Assembly: GCA_963805665.1 (NCBI GenBank)
Contig: CAWDVF010000011.1
Span: forward strand, 393,966-457,965
Direction: 5' to 3'
DNA from: an uncultured Acidimicrobiaceae bacterium
Lineage (GTDB): Bacteria > Actinomycetota > Acidimicrobiia > Acidimicrobiales > RAAP-2
DNA: 64,000 bases
Shown: piece by piece, positions 55,504 through 64,000 of the stretch
Numbering within the stretch: position 1 is the stretch's first letter
Layout: every line of letters begins with the position of its first letter
The notes under the pieces: model-generated
What the model was told of the DNA's origin: nothing
The model's database searches: none
The model's input: only the letters and a program-made list of their open reading frames with translations
Position numbers and translations under genes: made by a program

Positions 55504-56191
55504 TCATCCCTCTTCGGTTGATGCCGCGACTTCGCTGTCTCCACCTGCACCCTCGACCGGAGCAGCGCTGCCGTTCGCCTCTGCGGCGGCGGGCTTCTCC
55601 GACGCCGGAGCGGGCGTCTTGTCGGGGCGCTGCTGGTTCGCGGCCCTCGACTGGGCGGCCTGGCGGGCCCGCTTGTCGGGAGCGAGCACCATGATCATGT
55701 TGCGGTTGTCGAGCTTGGGCTCGGCCTCGACCTTGGCGATGCCCTCCACCTGCTCGGCGATGCGGTCCAGGATCCGCTTCCCGTGCTCGGGGTGGTACAC
55801 CTCACGGCCTCGGAACATGATCGTGATCTTGACCTTGTGTCCCTCGCCCAGGAACTTGGCGACCTGCCGGGTCTTGGTGTCGAAGTCTCCGGGGCCGATC
55901 TTCGGCCGGTACTTCATCTCCTTGATCCCGACGTGGACCGTCTTGCGCCGGCTCTCCTTGGCCCGTTGGGCCTCGTCGAACTTGAACTTTCCGAAGTCCA
56001 TGATCCGGCAGACGGGCGGGTTGGCCATGGGGGCTACCTCGACGAGGTCGAGGTCGAGCTCCTTGGCGATCGCGAGGGCCTCGGGCAAGCGGCTTGATGC
56101 CGAGTTGCGCACCATCGGGGTCCACGAGCCGGACTTCACGGGCACGGATTCGGTCGTTGATCCGGTGCTCAGTTGTGGTTTCAGCGACGAT
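55504..56191 (-). CDS. infC: Translation initiation factor IF-3; one frame switch near 56090, non-canonical or unresolved start
   Basis: INDRIRAREVRLVDPDGAQLGIKPL (frame of ORF 55802..56125), then EALAIAKELDLDLVEVAPMANPPVCRIMDFGKFKFDEAQRAKESRRKT...MFRGREVYHPEHGKRILDRI (ORF 55504..56412). In frame upstream the only start-like codon is ATC at 56191. An ATG at 56198 is one base out of frame. Confidence 0.88.
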
Positions 56192-56393
56192 GCGGCATCA
56201 CACCTCTCACTCGGGCCCGCGGTCCTTCCGCGGGCCAAATGGTGGAGCGGAGCCGACCCGCGGGCAAGCACCCGCGCCGGAGACGATCGACCTGGCGCAC
56301 GGGTGCTCACCAAGACGGCGAGGTGGTGGCCAGGTGGAGGCCCCGCAAAAGCAGGCCCCGCTTCCATGTAGTCAAGATGCATACAGTACCAGC

Positions 56394-56831
56394 ATGAGCA
56401 GCATCTGGACACCGTCGGGCGAGCATTTCCCCGAGGAAGAGGAGGCCGGAGCCTCCGAGCAGCCGATGACCCACCCCGGCGACGGCGACGTCACCGGATC
56501 GTCACCGGAGGAGGCGGAGGCCGCCGTCGAGGCCATGCGGGCCCAGCTCGCCAACACCCCGGCGGAGATCGTGGTCGCCAACCATTGCTACGGCCTCTTC
56601 GAGCTGGCGGCCATCTACCTGTCGCAGACCCCGCCGATGCTGTTCCAGGCCCGCCTTCCCATCGACGCGCTGGGCTTCATCCTGGACGGCCTGGCCGGCC
56701 GCCTGGGCGAGGCCGAACCGGCCCTCCACGAGTCGCTCTCCCAGCTCCGCATCGCCTTCGTGCGCCTCGAAGAGGCCGAGCGCAGCGGCGCCGAGAACTC
56801 GGCCAACAAGGGCAACGGCGAGACGGCCTAG
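56394..56831 (+). CDS. DUF1844 domain-containing protein
   Basis: From the ATG at 56394 inside ORF 56094..56831: MSSIWTPSGEHFP...PAEIVVANHCYGLFELAAIYLSQTPPMLFQARLPIDALGFILDGLAGRLG. Confidence 0.7.
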   Translation: MSSIWTPSGEHFPEEEEAGASEQPMTHPGDGDVTGSSPEEAEAAVEAMRAQLANTPAEIVVANHCYGLFELAAIYLSQTPPMLFQARLPIDALGFILDGLAGRLGEAEPALHESLSQLRIAFVRLEEAERSGAENSANKGNGETA

Positions 56832-56834
56832 CCG

Positions 56835-57281
56835 TCAGGCCGCGTGCGCCGGCTCGGTGGCGGCGGCCAGGGCCACCACGCAGCGGCCGATGAAAGCCCC
56901 CAGCTGGCGGCGGTAGAGCCACCCGAGGCCCGGCACCTTGGACGTGAACGTCGAGCGCCAGTTGATGGTGGTGCCGCCCCCGACAGCGGGGCGGAGCGTG
57001 ATGATCGCCTTGTAGTCCCGCAGGGGCAGGCCGGCTTCGAGCACGTAGGAGAAGGCGGAGCCGGGGCTCCGCTCGACCACCCGTTCGCGACTCTTGTAGC
57101 GCCCCGTGGTGAAGAGGCGGATAGCGCCGAGGCCCTCGGGCGCGCCGTCTCCGGGCTCGAGCAGCTCGAACGAATCGATCGGTGACCACGTCGGCCACGT
57201 CGACCCGTCGGCCAGGAGCTCGTAGACCGATGCCGGATCGCCGGACGTGGTCGCCGTCTTGTCGATGACCTGCTGTGCCAT
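56835..57281 (-). CDS. SRPBCC-family ligand-binding protein
   Basis: From the ATG at 57281 inside ORF 56835..57767: MAQQVIDKTATTSGDPASVYELLADGSTWPTWSPIDSFELLEPG...RERVVERSPGSAFSYVLEAGLPLRDYKAIITL. Divergent from a TetR gene. Confidence 0.7.
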   Translation of the reverse strand: MAQQVIDKTATTSGDPASVYELLADGSTWPTWSPIDSFELLEPGDGAPEGLGAIRLFTTGRYKSRERVVERSPGSAFSYVLEAGLPLRDYKAIITLRPAVGGGTTINWRSTFTSKVPGLGWLYRRQLGAFIGRCVVALAAATEPAHAA

Positions 57282-57323
57282 GGGTGCCTCCTGTCTGTCT
57301 GCCCCGACTGTACCATTTGGTAC

Positions 57324-57907
57324 ATGTCCACTCAAACGCCCAGGGACCGCCTCCTCGACGCCGTGATCGACCACTTCACCGCAGCCGGGCTGGCCGACCA
57401 GAGCCTGCGCCGCATCGCCGAGGCGGTCGGGACGAGCCACCGCATGCTGCTGTACCACTTCGGGTCGAGGGACGGCCTGCTGCTCGCGGTCGTCCGCGAG
57501 GTCGAGGCGCGCACGCAGGACCAGTACGCCGCGGCCGCCGCCAGCGCCGGCGATCGGACCGACGAGCTGGTGCGCGACATGTGGGCCTACGTCGCCGACC
57601 CCGCGCTCGGCGACTTCGAACGCCTGTTCTTCGCGCTCTACGGCCGGGCGCTCCAGGGCGACGAGGCGACGAGGCCACTGCTCAAGGACGAGATCGAGCA
57701 TTGGATCGACGTCCAGGCCGGGCTCGCGCAGACGGCCGGCGTCCCCGACGCGGTGGCACGAACCCACGCCCGCCTCGGCCTCGCCGTCTCCGCGGGCTGT
57801 TGCTCGACCTGTTGGCGACGGGCGACCGCGCCGGGGTCGATGCCGCCCTCGACGTGTTCGCCCGCGGCTATGCGGGGCGCTGGTGGGAAGGGGCTGACGA
57901 GACGTAG
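57324..57907 (+). CDS. TetR-family transcriptional regulator; one frame switch near 57790
   Basis: PRDRLLDAVIDHFTAAGLADQSLRRIAEAVGTSHRMLLYHFGSRDGLL (HTH). The C-terminus GLLLDLLATGDRAGVDAALDVFARGYAGRWWEGADET is in ORF 57275..57907. Confidence 0.8.
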
Positions 57908-57950
57908 GCCGAGCCGACTTGTTCCGGCCGAGCCGCCAGTTCGTCCAGCG

Positions 57951-58715
57951 TTACGAGCGCCCGGCCCCGCCGCCCGGCGGCGACACCTCGGGCGAGTTCG
58001 TGGTCCCGCTTCGCGGCCCGACGTTCGGTTGAGGGGGTGGAGGGGTGCCAACTCCCGGGCTGCCGGGTCCGGTGCCGGGGTTGCCCAGATTCCCGGTGTC
58101 GCCCGGCCCGCCCGCGTTGCCGGGTCCCCTCCCGGCGCCCGGGCCGCTCGAACCGCCCGGGCCGCCCGAGTTCTCGCTTCCGGTGTTGCCGCTGTTCCCC
58201 GCGGTGCCGGTACCGGTGCCGCTACCGCTACCGCTTCCGGTGGAGCCCGTGGCGATCGTGGTCGTGGTCGTTGTCGTCGTGCCCGTGTTGCCGGAGTTGC
58301 CCGAGCTGCGATCGGCCGCGATCTTGGAAGCGGAGGCGGACGACGGCACGGTCACCGATGGCGACGACGTCGTCGAACTCCCGGTACCGGTGGCGGTCGC
58401 GCCATCGAGAATCCGGAGCAAGGACGACCCTGGTGCCGCGCCGCCCGATCCCGACTGGGTCCCGTTCGCAAAGGCGTTGGGCGGGAGGTCCAGGATCGTC
58501 GTCCCCCCCGGCCCCGAACCTGCGGGGGCCGTGCCGGTGCCCGCAGGGACCGAGGGGTTCGTCTCCAGAGCGACGATCGTCGGGACGTGGGGGACGCGGG
58601 CAAACCCGAGGACGACCGTGATCGCTCCGATGATCAGGGCGCAGCTGACGAGGTTGATCACTACCGTCCCCAGCCGATTCCGGCGCCGGCGCCGGCGCCT
58701 CAGCGAGGTCGTCAT
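57951..58715 (-). CDS. Membrane-anchored Gly/Ser/Thr/Pro-rich low-complexity protein
   Basis: Intact 254-aa ORF: MTTSLRRRRRRRNRLGTVVINLVSCALIIGAITVVLGF (signal-anchor), then GSGSGSGTGTGTAGNSGNTGSENSGGPGGSSGPGAG... Coding status is supported only by ORF length and the TM segment. Confidence 0.45.
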   Translation of the reverse strand: MTTSLRRRRRRRNRLGTVVINLVSCALIIGAITVVLGFARVPHVPTIVALETNPSVPAGTGTAPAGSGPGGTTILDLPPNAFANGTQSGSGGAAPGSSLLRILDGATATGTGSSTTSSPSVTVPSSASASKIAADRSSGNSGNTGTTTTTTTTIATGSTGSGSGSGTGTGTAGNSGNTGSENSGGPGGSSGPGAGRGPGNAGGPGDTGNLGNPGTGPGSPGVGTPPPPQPNVGPRSGTTNSPEVSPPGGGAGRS

Positions 58716-58922
58716 CGGAAGGGCGCTCCGGCCTGGTGCCGCGCACGGGCGTCTGATGTCCCCAACAGGGCTGCCGCCGATGTGACTGTCATGCCGGGTC
58801 GCACGCCTTTCAACCCCTTACTCGCTGATCAGAATTTACCCCCAGCGTTTCGTGCCTCCAACCGCCGTGGCTTTTTGCAGGCGATTCGAGCTTCCCGGAG
58901 ATCGCCCGGGCACACGCCACAC

Positions 58923-59156
58923 CTACGCGCGAGCGATCGGCGTGACCGCCCGCGCTTCATCGCGGCCACGGTGGCCAGGCGCGAGCGTGAAGCTGACGGC
59001 GGTTCCGACGTCGATGCGACGGGTGCCGTCCGCGATCGCGGTGGCGTGGAAGTCGTAGGCGTCGCCGCCGTCGCCGGTCACGGTGCCGATGCCCCGGGTG
59101 GCGTCGAACGAGGCGACCCGCCCGAGATGCGGCCCGGCGGTCGAGGCGGGGCCCAC
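58923..59156 (-). CDS. Cold-shock-domain-like small protein
   Basis: GRVASFDATRGIGTVTGDGGDAYDFHATAIADGTRRIDVGTAVSFTLAPG resembles a CSD/OB fold lacking the canonical RNP motifs. It sits immediately downstream of hisG. Confidence 0.5.
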   Translation of the reverse strand: MGPASTAGPHLGRVASFDATRGIGTVTGDGGDAYDFHATAIADGTRRIDVGTAVSFTLAPGHRGRDEARAVTPIARA

Positions 59157-59160
59157 CAGG

Positions 59161-60058
59161 TCAGTGGACGATCTTGGACAGCGGGAGCTCCAAGATGTCC
59201 ATGGCCCCGTGGTCGCGCAGCGCCGGGATCAGCACGTTGATCTCCGACTTGGGCGCCACCGCCTCGAGCGCGAACGCCCCGCCGCCGGAGAGCTCCGAGA
59301 TGGTCGGCGCACGCATGGAGGGGAGGACGGCGAGGACGGCATCGAGGTTCTCCGCCGAGACGTTCAGCTTCACCAGCACCTTGCCCCGGGCCTCGAGCGT
59401 GCCTTGCAGGAGCGTGAGGATCTGCTCCATGGCGTGGCGCTTGTCCGGGTCGGCGGCCGCCTTGGGGTTGGCGATCAGCTCGGTGTGCGACACGAGCAGC
59501 GTCTCGATCACCTTGAGGCCCGCGGCGCGCAGCGCACTGCCGGTCTCGGTCATGTCGACCACCGCGTCCGCGATGTCGGGCACCTTGGCCTCGGTGGCGC
59601 CGTAGGAGAGCGCGATGTCCGCATCGATGCCGTGGGCGACCAGGGCGCGGCGCGGTCAGCTCGGGGTACTCGGTGCTCACGCGCAGGCGGCCCGGGCGAT
59701 CGGCCACCGTGGCCGCCAGCTCGGCCAGCGACGTGGCCGGTGAGTCCGCGCCGACCGCCAGCACGACACGAGCCGGGTTCGAGGTGTTCTTCGAGTAGGA
59801 GAGCTCGCCGAGCGAGACGACCTCGCTCCCCCGCTCCTCGATGCAGTCACGGCCGGTGATGCCGAGGTCGAAGAGGCCGTCGGCCACGTAGACCGGGATC
59901 TCCTGGGGCCGCAGGATGCGCACCTCGTCGACCCGGGGGTCGTCGATGCTGGCGCGGTAGGCCACGTCCGAGGCGCGGTTCACCGCGAGATCGGCGTCTT
60001 CGAACAGCTGCATGGTGGCGCGTTCGAGCGAGCCCTTGGGCAGGACGAGGCGGAGCAT
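59161..60058 (-). CDS. hisG: ATP phosphoribosyltransferase (long form); 1-2 frame switches near 59600-59650
   Basis: MLRLVLPKGSLERATMQLFEDADL...ILRPQEIPVYVADGLFDLGITGRDCIEE...RVSTEYPELT (in ORF 59078..60736), then PDIADAVVDMTETGSALRAAGLKVIETLLVSHTELIANP...GKVLVKLNV...PTISEL (ORF 59161..59583). Confidence 0.9.
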
Positions 60059-60109
60059 GGGGCTAGATCTTCGCAGACCGGCGACGGCCCTTGGGGCAAG
60101 CTGTCCCGA

Positions 60110-60506
60110 ATGCCGCCTCCCTACGACGCTTCGAACTTCCTGCAATTTGCTCGGGATCGAGCTCTCACCGGTGAACCCCGAGCAATACCCGATCGCCCGC
60201 TTGACCGTGACCCACGACCTCATCGCGGGCACGGGCTTCCTGTGGGCGCCGGTGGTCATCACGCTGGCCGACGCCTTGTGCGCGTTCGGGGTCAACCACC
60301 ACTGGCCGGAGGGCGCCAAGGGCTTCACGACCGTCGACTGCTCGGCGAACTTCATCTCGAGCGCAAAGGAAGGCGACCTCGTGATGGCCACCGCGTCGCC
60401 GCTGCACACCGGCCGCACCACGCAGGTGTGGGACGCCCGGGTCACGAACGAGACCTCCGAGCGGTTGATGGCGTCGTACCGCTGTACCCAGCTGATCCTG
60501 TACTGA
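60110..60506 (+). CDS. PaaI/4HBT-family hotdog-fold thioesterase; start unresolved (ATG 60110 plus an indel, or TTG near 60147)
   Basis: ORF 60012..60506: LLGIELSPVNPEQYPIARLTVTHDLIAGTGFLWAPVVITLADALCAFGV...GFTTVDCSANFISSAKEGDLVMATASPLHTGRTTQVWDARVTNE. Confidence 0.75.
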
Positions 60507-60557
60507 CGGCTCGCCCGAGGTCGCCGCCGCTCGCTCGGCGCAGGCCTCGGCTCAGTC

Positions 60558-61655
60558 TCAGTTGGCGGAAGGCACCGCACGCAACGCCGACTCGGTGACG
60601 AGTGCCACCTCGTCGGACACCGCTTCGGTCGAGCCGACCGGACCTGGCCCGCCCTGCAGGATGCGCGTCCGCCAGCGCTCGGAGTCGAAGCGTGCTGGAG
60701 CGGTGGTGCGCACGAACTCGGCCACGACGTGCGCAAAGCGATCGGGGTCCACGTGGTGGGGGAAGTGGCCTGCTTCGTCGAAGATCTCGAGACGGCTTCC
60801 CGGAATGGCTGCGTGGGCCAAGCGGCCGTGGCCGAGCGGGATGATGGCGTCGTGGCGTCCCCACACGATCAGCGTCGGAACGCCCTCGGCCAGATAGGCC
60901 CGGTCCAGCATCGTGATCACCTGGCCCCGCCAGTCGACGCCTGAACGGAGCGTGCGCAAGATGGCCCGGCGCGCCTCGGTGTCGGGCAGGGCGTCGAAGA
61001 CGGCCAGGATCTCCTCGGCGTCGCGTCCCAATGCGGTGTTGCAGATGTGCAGGACCAGCGCGCCGAGCCGGCTCGCGGCCCGCACGGGCGGCAGACCCAG
61101 CAGCGGCATCAACGCTTCTACGCCCGGGACCGCCGCCAGGCGGAGCAACGGGCTCACCGTTCTGCCGACGCCGCCGCTCCCAACCAACACCAGGCGTTCG
61201 CAGCGTTCGGGGAACTGGTACGCGAACTGCGCAGCGACACCGCCCCCAAGCGAATGCCCCACGACCGTGACGCGATCGACGTCGAGCACCGAGAGAAGGT
61301 CACGCATGCCGTTCGCGAAGCCGGCGATCGTGTAGTCGGCGCGCGGCTTCTCGGAGCGCCCGTGGCCGAGCAGGTCCGGCGCGATCACGGTGTGAGAGCG
61401 AGCCAACTGCTCGAACACGGGGCGCCAGGTGTCGGAGCTGTCCCCGATGCCGTGCACGAGGAGGAGCGCCGGACCGTCGCCGGTCTTGACGTACGCCCGG
61501 CGATACCCGTGGACGGTGACGTAGTGCACGCCGAACGGGCCCTCCCGTCGCAGGCCCGGCCGGAAGCGGAGCCCGGCCGGGTCCACTGCGCCAGTGGCCG
61601 CCTTGGGCGGCGCACCCTCTTGGACCGATTGGCTCCCGGGATCCGTCTCATGCAT
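60558..61655 (-). CDS. Alpha/beta-fold hydrolase
   Basis: From the ATG at 61655 inside ORF 60558..61790: ALLLVHGIGDSSDTWRPVFEQL...VTVVGHSLGGGVAAQFA (nucleophile elbow)...TLIVWGRHDAIIP...FDEAGHFPH. Confidence 0.85.
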   Translation of the reverse strand: MHETDPGSQSVQEGAPPKAATGAVDPAGLRFRPGLRREGPFGVHYVTVHGYRRAYVKTGDGPALLLVHGIGDSSDTWRPVFEQLARSHTVIAPDLLGHGRSEKPRADYTIAGFANGMRDLLSVLDVDRVTVVGHSLGGGVAAQFAYQFPERCERLVLVGSGGVGRTVSPLLRLAAVPGVEALMPLLGLPPVRAASRLGALVLHICNTALGRDAEEILAVFDALPDTEARRAILRTLRSGVDWRGQVITMLDRAYLAEGVPTLIVWGRHDAIIPLGHGRLAHAAIPGSRLEIFDEAGHFPHHVDPDRFAHVVAEFVRTTAPARFDSERWRTRILQGGPGPVGSTEAVSDEVALVTESALRAVPSAN

Positions 61656-61790
61656 GGGTGACCCTCGTCGCACGCCTTTTCCGACCGGCGGGCGGTCGCC
61701 CGCGCCCGTCACGGTACGAATCCGACGTGTCGGCCCCGTGTCACCGCTGTGAACGCTCGATGAATCGGCGTTGTCAGTCGATAACCGCAC

Positions 61791-62325
61791 CTAGGAGAGG
61801 GGGCCGCTGCGCAGCAACCGCACCATCTCGATGCCGGTGAGGGCCGCCTCGCGGCCCTTGTTGGTCTCGTCGGGCTCGGAGCGCTCGAGCGCCTGGTCGA
61901 GGGTGTCGGTCGTGAGCACGCCGAAGACCACCGGGACGCCGGTGTCGAGCTGCACACGCTGGATCCCCGACGCGCACTCCCCCGCCACGAAGTCGTAGTG
62001 GCCCGTGTCGCCGCGGATGACGGCGCCGAAGCACAGGACTGCGTCCACCTTGCCGGCGAGGGCGAAGCCGCGGGCCACCAGTGGCAACTCGAAGGCGCCC
62101 GGGGCCCACGCGACCGTGATGTCGCGGCGGTCCGTGCCGGCGTCGGCGAGCGCGTCCAGCGCGCCGTTGAGGAGGCGCAGGGTGATGCCGCCGTTGAACA
62201 GGGCGCAGGCCGACGCCCACCCGCAGGCCGGTCCCGTTGTGCTCGCCGCGGAGCGACGCGCCGACCCGGGCCGCGACGTCGTCGAAGGCTCCGTCGGGCA
62301 GGGCGATGATGTCGGAGCCGGCCAT
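61791..62325 (-). CDS. ribH: 6,7-dimethyl-8-ribityllumazine synthase; 1-2 frame switches
   Basis: N-terminus MAGSDIIALPDG... (ORF 61774..62325). Core ELPLVARGFALAGKVDAVLCFGAVIRGDTGHYDFVAGECASGIQRVQLDTGVPVVFGVLTTDTLDQALER (ORF 61791..62087). Confidence 0.88.
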
Positions 62326-62369
62326 CAGGCGGGGCGGTGTGGGGTGGTGAGGGTCACGCCCTCACTGTG

Positions 62370-62600
62370 TCACAGGACGTCGTCGAGCCCGTGCAGGAGG
62401 TGGCCCATGCGCTCGCGCTTCGTGCGCAGATAGGCGATGTTCTCGGGGTTGGCCGACGTCTGCAGCGGGACGCGCTCGGTGATGTCGAGCCCGAAGCCCT
62501 CGAGGCCGCCGTACTTGACGGGGTTGTTCGTCATGAGCCGCATGGTGGTGACGCCGAGGTCGACCAGCATCTGGGCGCCGATGCCGTACTCCCACTCCAA
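62370..62600 (-). pseudogene. ribBA: 3'-terminal remnant (~75 codons) of ribBA / GTP cyclohydrolase II
   Basis: ORF 62370..62627: ..[66 protein letters not shown] matches only the C-terminal end of RibA. Nothing RibB/RibA-like lies upstream. Similarity stops where the composition changes, near 62600. Confidence 0.75.
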
Positions 62601-62994
62601 TGCGAATTTGGACGTCAAGCTTTTCACGAAGCGTGTTCATCATGATGCAACCTCGATCCGCGATTTCCACGAGCCGTTCCAAAAGCTCGCGACTCTGGCA
62701 GTCCGCGGTGATGTACAGCTCGATTGCCGCAAACCGGGACGGCGAATCGACAATAGTGCCGATCACCTCGGTCCGGACGCTGGAAACATTCGCTTCCCGA
62801 GCCCTAATCGCAGCCAGCACGTTGCTCATGAAGCAGCCTCCCACGGCGGCAAGGAAAAGTTCTCCCCCCATCGGCCCAACATCGGCGCCACCTTTTTCGG
62901 CGGGCCTGTCGATGAGTACGCGGTGGGTGCGGAGGGTGGCTTCGGAGGTTGTCCCCGAAATCTGGTTTAGTTGAATCTTCATTTGGTTCGTCAT
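62597..62994 (-). CDS. OsmC/Ohr-family protein, lacking its own stop (ORF reads on to 62362 through the ribBA remnant)
   Basis: ORF 62362..62994: [49 protein letters not shown]...[12 protein letters not shown]...[26 protein letters not shown], carrying the two conserved Cys. Beyond about residue 133 the translation is Arg/Pro-rich out-of-frame ribA sequence. Confidence 0.7.
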
Positions 62995-62996
62995 GG

Positions 62997-63671
62997 CTAT
63001 CGTATTTCCATTACCTCGGCGAGCGTCTTCTTGGGGATTGCCGGAACCGTCGCGTCGTGACTCGGGAAGCCGACCGGAATCAGAACAAACGGCCGTTCAT
63101 TCTGCGGCCGCCCCAAAATGGTGGTCAGGAAGCCCATGGGACTCGGCGTGTGCGTGAGGGTCGCCAACCCGCTCATGTGGAGAGCGGCCAGCAGAAAGCC
63201 CGTGGCGATTCCGACCGATTCCTGCACGTAGTAGTGCTTTACTTTCCTCTCGCCCTCCAGCCCTTGTGCCAGACCGAAGTCGATGCGAAATACCACGATC
63301 AAGTAAGGCGCGACTTCGAGGAACGCCTTATGCCAGTCCGTACCCAATGGAGCTAGCGCCTCAAGCCACTCGGCAGGCATCCGGTGTGCGTAGCTCTCGC
63401 GCTCTTCAGCTTCCGCGGCTTCACGAATTCGACGCTTGATGATTGGATCTTGCACTACAATGAACCGCCAAGGCTGTTGATTCGCGCCGCTCGGCGCCGA
63501 CGACGCGCAGCGAATGGCGTTTTCGATTAATTCGGAAGGCACCGGTTCCGGCGAAAGGGAGCGGACCGAACGGCGTCCCGACATGCGGGACAGGAAGTCG
63601 CGCGAAGCCCGCATTTGTTCGTCAGCCGGCAAGCGGGGAAAGACTAGCGGAATATGCTTGTATTCTTCCAT
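62997..63671 (-). CDS. Nitroreductase-superfamily flavoenzyme, iodotyrosine-deiodinase (IYD)-like subgroup
   Basis: Intact ORF (ATG at 63671; the track starts at an upstream TTG): MSGRRSVRSLSPEPVPSELIENAIRCASSAPSGANQQPWRFIVVQDPIIKRRIREAAEAEERESYAHRMPAEWLEALAPLGTDWHKAFLEVAPYLIVVF...HYYVQESVGIATGFLLAALHMSGLATLTHTPSP...LGRPQNERPFVLIPVGFP. The subgroup call is from remembered IYD features, not a search. Confidence 0.7.
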   Translation of the reverse strand: MEEYKHIPLVFPRLPADEQMRASRDFLSRMSGRRSVRSLSPEPVPSELIENAIRCASSAPSGANQQPWRFIVVQDPIIKRRIREAAEAEERESYAHRMPAEWLEALAPLGTDWHKAFLEVAPYLIVVFRIDFGLAQGLEGERKVKHYYVQESVGIATGFLLAALHMSGLATLTHTPSPMGFLTTILGRPQNERPFVLIPVGFPSHDATVPAIPKKTLAEVMEIR

Positions 63672-63676
63672 GCCCG

Positions 63677-64000
63677 TCAATCGGTCAGGACCACGATGCT
63701 CTGCCGCCTCCGGTTCACCTGGAGGCGCGTTACGTCCGGCCGCGCATAGTGCCCGGATGGATCGAAGTTCTGCCTTTCTTCACGCACGCGCCTGTGATCG
63801 ATGGTTGCCACGAGCAGCGTCTCTACCGCGGGGGCCGGAGGAAGTACCCATTCCCCGTCCGGACCCGCGATGCACGAACCGCCATCGGCGAGGATCTCCG
63901 CGCTCGCCGACGCCACCCTCTCCCGCCACTCGGCGCCGGCGCCGATGTCCGCCCGGCGCATCAGCCCCGAGACCGACACGACGTAGGACCGCGATTCCAT
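63677..64000 (-). CDS. Nitrilase/carbon-nitrogen hydrolase, C-terminal part (5' end beyond the window)
   Basis: SRSYVVSVSGL...ADGGSCIAGPDGEWVLPPAPAVETLLVATIDHRRVREERQNFDPSGHYARPDVTRLQVN. The D..GHY.RPDV motif is typical of nitrilase C-termini. The stop lies 5 nt before the nitroreductase ATG. Confidence 0.65.
   Translation of the reverse strand: MESRSYVVSVSGLMRRADIGAGAEWRERVASASAEILADGGSCIAGPDGEWVLPPAPAVETLLVATIDHRRVREERQNFDPSGHYARPDVTRLQVNRRRQSIVVLTD

Noticed and set aside
57324-59240. 638-aa plus-strand ORF starting with the TetR gene.
   Set aside because: After about residue 155 the TetR frame is lost through an indel. The remainder is off-frame read-through, antisense to the low-complexity protein and the CSD-like gene.
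60059-60110. Expected hisE upstream of hisG.
   Set aside because: No hisE-like ORF is present. The upstream gene is a divergently oriented thioesterase. The absence is probably just lineage-specific gene order, not an anomaly.

Overview
High-G+C (about 70% by eye, not computed) actinobacterial-type chromosome segment, with most genes on the minus strand. Main content:
- thiG/thiD and a conserved gcvH / FHA (garA-like) / MerR / bifunctional-nuclease cluster
- a nucleotidyltransferase-phosphohexomutase fusion, pgsA, korAB and fbaB
- a complete 16S-23S-5S rRNA operon (about 27.27-34.69 kb)
- mpg, a WS/DGAT acyltransferase, and an intact IS481-family element with a 6-bp target duplication
- the full argCJBDFRGH operon with an AT-rich ARG-box-like operator
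- two tandem double-GNAT genes, pheST, a TrmH-family methyltransferase, rplT-rpmI-infC, hisG, ribH and a truncated ribBA

Three observations stand out.
1. The 23S rRNA gene is interrupted by three group I introns of 741, 921 and 374 nt, at sites equivalent to E. coli U2593, U2262 and U1931. Two carry LAGLIDADG homing-endonuclease ORFs: one is I-CreI-like and open, the other has an in-frame TAA. The third intron is ORF-less and shares core sequence blocks with the second.
2. At about 62.6 kb the base composition drops abruptly. ribBA is cut to its last ~75 codons and abuts a stop-less OsmC-like ORF. That ORF closes a compact nitrilase / IYD-like nitroreductase / OsmC operon. This is either an island insertion or a chimeric assembly join.
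3. Many conserved housekeeping genes are broken by frame switches, and by at least one paired indel that creates an in-frame stop. The breaks occur in blocks, and other blocks are clean. Consensus indel error is the simplest explanation, so gene boundaries in those blocks are approximate and pseudogene status is provisional.

The very long antisense or out-of-frame ORFs in the supplied track are GC-bias artefacts. No tRNA, CRISPR array or riboswitch could be supported.
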